Source: Octopus sinensis (lineage: Eukaryota). From it: a stretch of 64,000 nt of DNA. A program made the translations under genes and the position numbers. Below, piece by piece: positions 53,450-64,000 of this stretch. The notes below the pieces were generated by a model. It was not told the origin of the DNA. It saw nothing but the letters and a program-made list of their open reading frames with translations, and made no database searches. The stretch is taken from the NCBI RefSeq assembly GCF_006345805.1, contig NC_043004.1:99820001-99884000 (forward strand). Direction: 5' to 3'. Within the stretch, counting starts at the first letter, position 1, and each line of letters starts with the position of its first letter.

Positions 53450-53561
53450 ACAAGGCCTGAAATTTTGGGAGAAGGGGGCCAGTCGATTAAATCGACCCCA
53501 GTACGCAACTGGTACTTAATTTATCGACCCCGAAAGGATGAAAAGCAAAGTCGACCTCGGT
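53450..53561 (-). mobile_element. SINE family 2, 3' fragment
   Basis: GTCGACCTCGG..CCCCGAAAGGATGAAA..AACTGGTACTTA in reverse orientation. Confidence 0.8.
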
Positions 53562-54314
53562 AAAATGATAAATTAAAATCGGAAGTAACGGCATTTCTCT
53601 GGCATACGAATCTACAACTTTAACCACCGCGTAATTACGTTTTTAGACACCATTTGCTGACGTCACATTAGAAGTGATCAATTGGATCATGTGTTCTATT
53701 AAAAAGAAATCGGGGGAAAAAAGTGATGTTATTAAGCATTTTGAGGACCAGGATATCAATAAAAAACAAGTTACGTTTTGACGGAGTAAGGTAACTGGAA
53801 TGATAGAGTATTGTTAGACAAAAACAAGTGAGCAAAACATTCGATAAACGAATGGTGTCCAAAATGATGAAAAAAAAAGTGAATGACGATGTGTCAGAGA
53901 ATATGACATTATTCCATTGAGCAACTGAACACTTGCTTCTACACAGTATTTTCCCATTTTTCAGTCTTTATAGAGGACAGGAGAGTTTGCAGCGCTCTCA
54001 TTCTTTCAAAGATTAAGGAAGCTCATGTTGGAGCGCTTTGGTTGACAACATTTGCCGCCGCAGTTCGTTGGCTTTTAAACACGATACGTTTCACCGTTAT
54101 GCTGAATTATGTTCTCCGGAGGTGATTTTATCTTGGTTTTCGAATGACAACATACTTTTAGATTGAACAACTCTCAAATCATTAAAACGTTCCGCAGTAT
54201 TAGTGACTGCGGCTAAAACCATCCGAGTTTCAATAATCTAGCTTCTTTGGAAATCAGAAATAACATACATCTTCACTTACTGAGATAAATATTCATACAT
54301 ACACACATACATAC

Positions 54315-54365
<51 letters not shown>

Positions 54366-54488
54366 ATCCAAACATGACTGTATATCTATATAGATAGATA
54401 GATCGATAGATAGATATAGATATATATATACATATACATATATATATATACATACACACATATATATATATATATACACACATGCTTG

Positions 54489-54526
<38 letters not shown>

Positions 54527-55151
54527 TAGCGACTGAAATATAAATATTTCATATCAAATTATAAATATCCTTAAGAGTGACTGAAAACTAGATATTTTAC
54601 TACAGATAAAAATGTTCTGAGTAAAAAATATACATGTAACTATAAAGTAAGGCTATTTAAATGTACAGCAAATATTCTTTGTACTAAATTTCAGATACAT
54701 GGGAATTGTATCAAAATAGCATAACAACCACTACGCATAGAAGGGAATTAGATTTAACGGGGAAATTATTAAGCGATATACTCGAGTTCATGGTAATCTA
54801 AAACGTCGCAGCTCATACTTATCAAACTAAATAAATGGTGCTATATTTTAAATAAAACATAATTTTTCTGGGCGTATCTTTCACTGCTTGATAACTCTAT
54901 AGGATTTGAAGTGGCCTCTCTATTTGCATTGTACAGTACGTTGAACTCAATCTCAGTACTGCGTGCTTCCATCAGTGGTTATGCTCAAAGTCACTTCGAA
55001 ATAATAATCTCCTTTGACACCTACACCTATATACACAATTGCACAATCTTTCATAGAGAGACACTCACACTAAGATACAAACACACACATATGCATATAT
55101 ATATATATAAATGTATATGTGTGTATGTATGTATCTATGTATGTATGTGTG

Positions 55152-55234
<83 letters not shown>

Positions 55235-55246
55235 CATATATGCATG

Positions 55247-55277
<31 letters not shown>

Positions 55278-55661
55278 TATATATACATACATATATGCAT
55301 GTGTGTTTGCGCACAATTGCATACAGACACATAAAAAAGAACGGGATAAAGAGAAAGACACTCTTTAACCATTAGAGATGGTACGTTTATAATATAATAA
55401 TATTATACAGTAATGGTTTCTCTATGAGTTGTGGTGTATCATATGTTATAATATACAATTGATTGAGACTAAATTCTGAAAAGCAAAAAGATGGTCAAAC
55501 AGCTTTTGCAGACACACATTACCTTAAAAGACGATATTAAATGAAACTGCTTGTGCTCATAGCTTAAGTATTCTTTCGACACACTTTCTATACGATAGAA
55601 ATAAAAGATATGATATTGATCGTTTGGAAACGCTAAATTCTTTGATAAATACATATACCTA

Positions 55662-55696
<35 letters not shown>

Positions 55697-56582
55697 ATGT
55701 ATGTATGTATGTATGTATGTATGTATGTATCTATTCATCCATACATGTATGTATGTATGCATGTATGTAACTAACGTGAATTTGTTCCATTAGCTGCCAG
55801 CATCCATCTATAATTTGATCTCATTTTCTTATCTACTATTTTGGATCCTGCTACTTAGGTTTTAAGAATAAGAGGGAAAATAACAAGAAGCAGCAATTTT
55901 AAAGACTTATATAAACTTTTCTGTTACACAACATCTATTTTATGTGTTGAATAGATTTGTATAGAATCCATTTGTACTATGTTAACATCTAAACTATAGA
56001 GCCAACGAAAGTAGCTCAACGTGATCGTTCGCTTTCCTATAAATAATGATCAAATCACACTATCACTTCTTAGAGAAACAAGTATCACTCCATAATGTAG
56101 CGTTTTATACATAAATACACATTTATATGTATAATATATATATTCGTGCACTTGTATGTTTGTGTAGAAGTATGTGTGCAAAATAAAAGAAAATAAGGTA
56201 GAACTCTGCTTTAAGCAACCCATATACCCTGTCATAAGTTTTCCATTTTTTGGAATTTTCGGATTTTTGCGAATTTGAGTTCTGCAACATATACTATGGT
56301 GTTTAAAAGTGTTTCTTAGCATGTTATTACAGCTTCGTATTACTCAGAGTTTCTTATATGCAGTGGCACTCTAGCCTAGCGTACGTCTATTTATGGGCGA
56401 AGTTGCTCTATGAAGACGAAATCCAAATGCATGAACATATTCACTTCAAAGTGTGCCAGAAATGGGGGGGGGGTTGAGTGGATATACAAATCCTTACTGT
56501 ATTATGTACGCTTATAAACACATACACAGAGACAGACAGACACATACACACACAGGCAAACGTGTGTGTATGTGTGTGTGTG

Positions 56583-56704
<122 letters not shown>

Positions 56705-59454
56705 TCAAGGTTATATGAAATGTCACGAACTTCATTGTCGGTCCTCGTTTGTCGTTATCCCCAGGAGTCCAGGAGATAATGGAACATAGTTTCCTAATTA
56801 CTAACTCCATCAGCAATACACGAGCCATTGCAGAACCCAGTATATCGGTAATCGTCTTGATGTAAATAAAAACCGATTTCCTGATAAGTAAGTCCTGTAT
56901 TTCCAGTTTAAAATAGGAAGGAAATATTGAACTTATCTACGAACTCGCCACTTAGAAACAAGCAATCCCCCTCTAGCACAATTCATCACCTGAAATAGAA
57001 CTCATTGGATAATTATGCTAAGCCTAATGAAAGAAATACATATTCACGATTTGAACATTTCCGTTTAAATATCTGTCTGATAAAGGTTCACCTGTCTGTA
57101 AGTACAGCAACAAGAACAATATTACCACTTCAGTACAAACAACGAAGCAACGAAGGTTTCTCTGCATGATCGCAGACAGGCTAGAAATAGCAACCTAAGG
57201 TTCCTAGAACTAAAAATAATGTGTTAAAAAAGGAAATACCACGTTAAACAGTATAATCATAGATACAAACTGTTTGGAATAAAAGACTACATGATTAACA
57301 TCGGAATACAATTGATCGTAAATTTGCTCAAACAGAGTGGAAGTACAATTTCAATAACAATGACATCAACTCCTAGTCCCAACATGGTGGCTCGATGTAA
57401 ATAAGAAGTAGCATTCTTCTTTCTTACAAAAATGAAGAACATAGTGAATATATTAATCCTTGGAAAAATTAACTGAAATTAACTGAAATTAATTAGTCGG
57501 AAATTTAGACTAATTGAACACTGGCTTCGTATAGTCAGACAAGGATGACCACAACTTGAGTCACATGGAGCTGAAACCAGGAGCCTCTCTTGGAGAATTT
57601 GATTCAATATAAATTGCAGCCCAAATCCTTCAAATCACTCTCTGATTAGACAAACTATAACTGAAAAAAAAGATAAAATTTTCATAGATTGCTTCTCTTT
57701 AATCTTAGGTCAGCTTAATCAGAGATTATTTGAAAGTCTAACAGCAACAAATACAACAAATTTCTACTTAAGTTGTCATCATAACTAGCACCACCACCAG
57801 CATCACCAGCAGCAAAAGCAGTAAAGTTTACAAACCAATAAGGAAGTGATTATTAATGTCGCTCTTACTACTTCTAGAAACAGCAGTCAAAATCCTTCAA
57901 ATTCTTGCTGCGCTTTTGAAGATGGTATTACACCTGAGAAATGATGTAGGAGGGGGTTATATTTGGAAGCTGAGAAATGATGGGGTGATTATAATTACAG
58001 ACCTAAGAGATCATTGCTGGTTTCTGCTAAACAACCTGAATCAAGGAACAAGCGGCTTCATGATCATTGAACGACTTGCAAATAGCAATTTAATTTATCC
58101 GCAATTATTTTACTAACTTCAAAAATCAGAACACATAGCATTATGTGGTTTCAGATGCATAATCTGAAGAAAATGACAGCCTGTTCATGGCTGGCGAACG
58201 ACTGTTTGTTGAAGTCTAGTTGATCAAAGCTAACTCAAAACCAAACACCAACATTAGCACAAATAACAACACATATCAGCTAACCAGAGAGCGTCTATGC
58301 TATTGCTGAACGTGCTAGAAATACTAACCAAATCGTCCTAGTATCATTCTCTGCCACCATAGAGAAAAATGACACATTTGATACTTTTGTTCTGATATTC
58401 TGAACGCATACAAGGCAAAATGATCAGATTAGAACCTCTGCTCGTTTAAGGCTGACTTGTAACCAAATAGCAGCAACGGTAATATCTAATTCAATTAAAG
58501 GAGGCGAGAATTCTTTTATCATTTTTAATTAATATTGTTTTTATATCTTTGTTCTTCGTTAAGTAGAAATGGTTATTCCTCTAATTTATACATTGTCATT
58601 TATTTGATGATGTTATTGGTAGTGTTGTGGTAGCTGATATTGCTGTCATTGTTTTCATGTCTGAGCGAACATTGACTGTCAATAGCAATTTGACAGTGAT
58701 GTGTCTTTTTAGCATATTACTTGGGTGTTTTGAATTAATTGTCCTTGCAACATTTATCAAGCCTATTATTAAGGTGAATTTGTTGTCGGAAACAGAAATA
58801 ACCACTTTGTAAACAAAGAGAAATTGACATCTACCAAGAGTTTGGAAACATTAAGCACTTAAAGACTTTAAACATTTCTGTAGATTACCATCCTGCTGTC
58901 TTTGTGTGAGATGGGGGTTGAGTTGAGTTTTAGGCAGGCTATACTGGCTTAAAGGATGCCTTCCGCCTATGAAAATAATAAAAATATATGATTAAGTGCT
59001 TGCTAACATTGTTTAAATTAATTTTAATTATCTCTTCTATCTTTCTTGACCAGAATAAGTAATTAAGCTAATGGTTTTCCCTCCTTATTACGGATGCAAT
59101 TCTAATTAATTAAATTCCTTGAACTAAATACATTAAGTATGTTAGTACCGATTTAATTATCCTGGTTTAAACTTGAGTATATATCGATTTAATGTAAGGT
59201 AACATTTCTGACGTTTATTTTATATATTTAAAAAATATAAGGAAATGAAGTGGGGGATATTATGAAACTTTTATGCCATTTAATCTTTTTGGGATTTGCT
59301 ACTATCCTTATAACGGGTATTTTTCTATGCAAAAAATACTACTTTATTTTTCAGCTTTGCAGGGAACATCGTTCCTCACAATAAATTGGGCAACACCAGC
59401 TTACAGTTAGTGTATGTTAGTGAGCCTGAGGCAATCGGTTATATATCGGCATTT

Positions 59455-59588
59455 GATGTGTTTACGTCCCCGTAACTTAGCTGTTGGGCCTAAAAGACCG
59501 ACAGAATATGTACTAGGCTTACAAAGAATAAGTCCTGGAATCGATTTGTTCGTCTAGATGAGATGCTCCAGCATGGCCGCAGTCAAGA
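59455..59588 (+). mobile_element. SINE family 1, 3' half
   Basis: CGTCCCCGTAACTTAG..CTTACAAAGAATAAGTCC..GCTCCAGCATGGCCGCAGTC. Confidence 0.8.
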
Positions 59589-59627
<39 letters not shown>

Positions 59628-60560
59628 AATATATATATGTACGTATAGATGCAGTTTTTTATACGCGTCCATCTGTTTGTATTTTGTTGCAAGTTTCGCA
59701 TTGATGCATAGAGATATAACCTTTGATGTTTCGGAAATGAATACATGTCAACAAAGGTGTCCGGAGACGTCACATGTGATGTGCTACCTTATTCTTAATA
59801 CGATTATATTGCAGTTGATCAACATAAAACTAATTCCGTGCGCACACTTTGATGTTTACATTCTTTGACTGCGTGCTAATTTTAGACTACGATCGTATAA
59901 CACGCTGATATCTGGAACACTCGTAGTGTTCCATCGCTGTTCGAGAACATATTATATTTAACTTTGTTTGTGTTTTCAAATGGAATGCAGAACGTTATGT
60001 TTTCCTATGATTCCAAAGTAAACAATTATCTTTTAGCAAGAGCTAAGATGTTTATTTAAAATTTATCAGCATAAAACTATAAAAGAAAGATATGAAGATA
60101 ATTAAACAATGCCATATATGGGAACGAAAACTGCAGAAAACTTACTAGGCTGCTCGGGGTTCATATTGAACCTTAGAAACTGGCTTAACTCCGCATCGTG
60201 CTCGGTCTATCCGGAGGCCCAAAAGTTAAGTAGAGACAAATTACGTTTTTTTTCTGAGACAGTGGGACAGCCTAATACATTTCCGATCAGTGGTTTTAAT
60301 ATAACTATATCCATTGTCTGTTTTTCTGTTTCTATCATGTTTTAAGCTCGCTAGATATTCTATTCTTCTACCCAATGTAAAAACCCTACTCTTTTTAACT
60401 CAGATTTATTACGTTGCTATAAAATAAATCATTAACATTATTCTTATTGCTCTTTAAGCTTTGTAAAGAGAAAGATACTTATTTCCCATCAGTAAGTGTT
60501 ATGTAACTTCAGTTTTATGTCTAATGGGACTAATATGAGTACTAGAGCAAGATGTGCCAG

Positions 60561-60957
60561 AAGGCGGCGAGTTGGCAGAAACGTTAGCACGCCAGGCGAA
60601 ATGCTTAGCGTTATTTCCACCGTCTTTTACGTTCTAAGCTCAAATTCCGCCGAGGTCGACTTTGCCTTTCAGCCTTTCGGGGTCGATTAAATAAGTACCA
60701 GTTGCGCAGTGGGGTCGATGTAATCGACTTAATCCGTTTGTCTGTCCTTGTTTGCCCCCTCTGTGTTTAGCCCCATGTGAGCAGTAAAGAAATAGGTATT
60801 TCGTCTCTCGCTACTTTCTGAGTTCAAATTCCGCCGAGGTTAACTTTGCCTGTCATCCTTTCGGGGTCGATTAAATAAGTACCAGTTACGACTTAATCCG
60901 TTTGTCTGTCCTTGTTTCTCCCCTCTGAGTGTAGCCCCTTGTGAGCTGTAAAGAAAT
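60561..60957 (+). mobile_element. SINE family 2 head-to-tail dimer (full copy plus 5'-truncated copy)
   Basis: Second unit begins at GGTATTTCGTC (60795); the pair is bracketed by AAGATGTGC(C/A)AGAAGG at 60549-60564 and 60958-60973. Confidence 0.9.
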
Positions 60958-61439
60958 AAGATGTGCAAGAAGGTTCGACTGCTTTCGGTGAATCAAGGTA
61001 TCTAAAGTTGTGTGTATGCCTGGAGTAATCATAAGTGGATGCTGCTCTCTGTTTTGAGTATCTTTTCTGTTCTTGTATACGTTATTCTCTATTTAATATC
61101 CATTAAGGTGTATTTATTGTCTTGCTTTGATCCGATGTAAACACAACTGATTCTTCTTCGTTGTTATACTCTATCTTTCGTATTTGAACTGGATCCTTGT
61201 CATCAGTGAAATAAATCATTACTTGATTGGTACGTTATTCCATTGCTCCCTGTTGATGGAAACTCAAAAGTGGAGTCAGTGCGATTTTTTCAAAGATTTT
61301 ATAGCAGAATCATCACAGCGTCGGACAAAGTACATTACAATATTTGCTTTGGTATATTTAGTTCTGAATTCAAATCTTGTCGCGTTCATCCTTGTCTTTA
61401 TCCATCCAAATTCGATAGAAATACGTACCAGTTAGAATA

Positions 61440-61748
61440 AAACTGCGCCCTTTTCAAGCCTAGCCAGGCTCATGTGCCCGGTTTCCTGGTTTCTGTGGTG
61501 TATGTGTTCCCCCCAGCTGGACGGGACGCCAGTCCATCGCAGCATTACTCAAGAAACAGGAAGAGAGAGCGAGAGAAAGTTGTAGCGAAAGAGTACAACA
61601 TGGGTCGCCACCACCCCCTGCCGGAGCTTCGTGGAGCTTTTAGGTGTTTTCGTTCAATGAACACACACAACGCCCGGTCTTGGAATCGAAACCGCGATCC
61701 TCCGACCGTGAGTCCGCTGCCCTAACCACTGAGCTATTGCGCCTCCAC
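61440..61748 (-). mobile_element. tRNA-derived SINE, family 3 (body A plus tail T1) with 13-bp TSD
   Basis: ACCAGTTAGAATA at 61427-61439 and 61749-61761; clear tRNA-like head. Confidence 0.93.
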
Positions 61749-62069
61749 ACCAGTTAGAATACTGCGACTATATAATTAACTGTGATACAGCCCGGTCTTC
61801 TGCTTTTTTAAGAAATACTTGTAGCAGAATCGTTGGAGCGACTGATAAAATGTCTTGGAATATTCTTTTCTCTATTTCATATTCTGAGATCAAATAACGC
61901 TAGGTTTTGCTTTGCCTTTCATCCCTCGGTGGTCATGAAAATAAAGTAACAGTGAATTACTGGGGTCAACGTAATTGGCTATTCCCTTACCTGAAGGTTG
62001 CTAGCTTTGTGCAACAATTACGATACAGTTATTATAATTAATATAATCCTTTTTATTAATAGTAGTAGT

Positions 62070-62270
62070 AAGTCAACAAGCTGGTATAATCATTAGCCCA
62101 CCGTGCTAAACACTTAGCGGCATTTCGTCCGTCTTTACGTTCTGTGTTCAAATTCCGCCGTGGTCGACTTTGCATTTCATCTTTTGGGGGGTCGATAAAA
62201 TAAGTAACAGTTGAGCACTGGGATCGATATAAGCGACTTACTTGTTTCCCTGAAACTCCCTGAAATTTTA
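62070..62270 (+). mobile_element. SINE family 2-related subfamily, diverged
   Basis: CTTAGCGGCATTTCGTCCGTCTTTACGTTCTGTGTTCAAATTCCGCCG..GGTCGATAAAATAAGTA. Confidence 0.78.
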
Positions 62271-63073
62271 AACCATTAATGTTATTGTTGTTGTTGTTCT
62301 TCTTGTTGTTAGTGGTAAGAAGTTCAACACATCCCCACAAGCTACTAAACCTTGCAAAAGGTATTAACAATTGCTGTTGCAGTTTTCGATATATTCTAAC
62401 TCCCAAGACTAATTTACAAGCATATAAATGTACACACACACACACACACACACACACAAATGTGTATGCAGATTATTGTAAGTGTATGTGTGTGTGTGTG
62501 TCGGTATATGTGAATCATATGAAGGCTTGTGTATATGTTCAGATCATGATACGTGTGTCTGTTTTAGTACGTGTGCGTGTCCGCCTGGCATTCTTTCTAA
62601 GACAATTGTATATCTATTAGTATATGTGCTTGTACTGGCATATGTTCGTGATTGTTTGTACATTCTTACGAAGACAATTGGTGCTAAACACTTGGAATGG
62701 TTAGATTATTTTCGGAAAAAGCTATTTAGTATAAAAGACAAATACCTATAAAAGCCACAGACTTTCTTTTTCGTTTGTTTTTGTTTTCAGATTTCTTTGG
62801 TTGCTTTTTAAACTCGTTATTCATAAAATAACTTTTACCATTTTCAATTTCCTTTTTCTTGCTATTATTTTGCAACTATTTCACCTTTCATTTTCATTTT
62901 ATTTTATTTTATTTTAACTTTATTTTACTTTCCATTTTTTTGTCTCCTACCATGATAAATATTGATTTATTTTGATTTGACAAAAGGCTCTATTATATAT
63001 ATTTTTTTATTTTTCTATTTCTTATTTTCGATTCTCGTTTAAAAAATCGTTTTAATATTTTTATCATCTATAG

Positions 63074-63074
63074 T

Positions 63075-63132
<58 letters not shown>

Positions 63133-63210
63133 ACATTCTCATTATTATTACTATTGTTATTCTTCTTCTTCTTCTTCTTCTTCTTCTTCTTTTTATTATT
63201 ATTATTATTA

Positions 63211-63277
<67 letters not shown>

Positions 63278-63291
63278 CATCATCATCATTA
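63074..63291. repeat. compound trinucleotide array (ATC)n-(CTT)n-(ATT)n
   Basis: Visible directly. Confidence 0.95.
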
Positions 63292-64000
63292 TTTTACGTT
63301 CTTTCTTTAGTTTCTATTTATTTATTTTTTATAAAAAACAGTCACATTGTCTGCAAGGTTAAAACGATGTACCTGTGACCTCATAGGTCATAAGTTATAA
63401 ACGTGATACATTATAGTTTCTCTGTTATGTGTTAATCAAAGTACATAAAACTCTATTTGCCTCAGTCAACTTTACTAAACGAAGACACAATTCCATCTCA
63501 TATATATATTTATATAAGCAGTATTGTAGCTGTGGTCGATCTGAAATTGTATGCTCAAAAGAATTCCACCCATGCCCATCCTGTCATTTTGCATATTGGC
63601 GCTGCATTTTCCCACGTATTCCCAATAATTCAGAACGAGGAGATTAATTTGGAAGAGACGGAATTATTATTTATCGTCGACATGAGGCACCATAGAGGCT
63701 GTCTCATGAACAATATCTGATACATTTGCAGGGAAAGTATGTTTTCTGATGAATGGAATGTTGCCTGTTCGTATTTTGTCACTCAGAGTTACTTTTATGC
63801 TACCTTTGGTGAGCATTTTCGATTACATTCTTTGTTGTAATATTTCAATGTTAAGAAGAGCTGTTTCTGCATTGAGATTTATTTTCAATTATATATATAT
63901 ATATATATAAGTAGTTGAATGAATTATCCTAGTATGGATAATTCGGTTAACAGATACCCGGGTAGCAAATTTACGTCAGAAAGCACGGTTGAAGCTACAT

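Noticed and set aside
57856-58812. Hydrophobic ORFs of 61-86 aa
   Set aside because: No recognisable homology, weak starts, and lengths expected by chance.
61670-61748. tRNA-like sequence (also ~41853-41925 and ~10650-10705)
   Set aside because: These are SINE heads continuing into SINE bodies; no complete acceptor stem, so not tRNA genes.

Overview
AT-rich, microsatellite-saturated animal (eukaryotic) genomic DNA. The SINE families look like the tRNA-derived SINEs I associate with Octopus/coleoid cephalopods; this is inferred from sequence recognition, not from a search. No intact host gene can be assembled, and most ORFs in the supplied track are microsatellite read-throughs. The window is mostly mobile-element debris: many tRNA-headed SINEs (several with visible TSDs), 5'-truncated RTE, CR1 and L1/Tx1-type LINE fragments, two decayed Penelope-like elements (PLEs), mariner and Tc1 remnants, and an inverted pair of non-autonomous Helitrons. 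The most striking signal is a non-coding ~560-bp unit repeated 2.8 times at 32.5-34.2 kb. Each unit carries a minimal type-I hammerhead-ribozyme motif with a palindromic stem III on the minus strand, and the array has a 5' inverted tail and sits inside (TA)n, i.e. a retrozyme/PLE-pLTR-like element. Related hammerhead relics occur in several other repeat families here. Also notable: a Tx1-like LINE embedded in (GATA)n on both sides, a SINE dimer bracketed by a single TSD, a CR1 LINE sharing its 3' tail with the commonest SINE, and two near-perfect fold-back hairpins.
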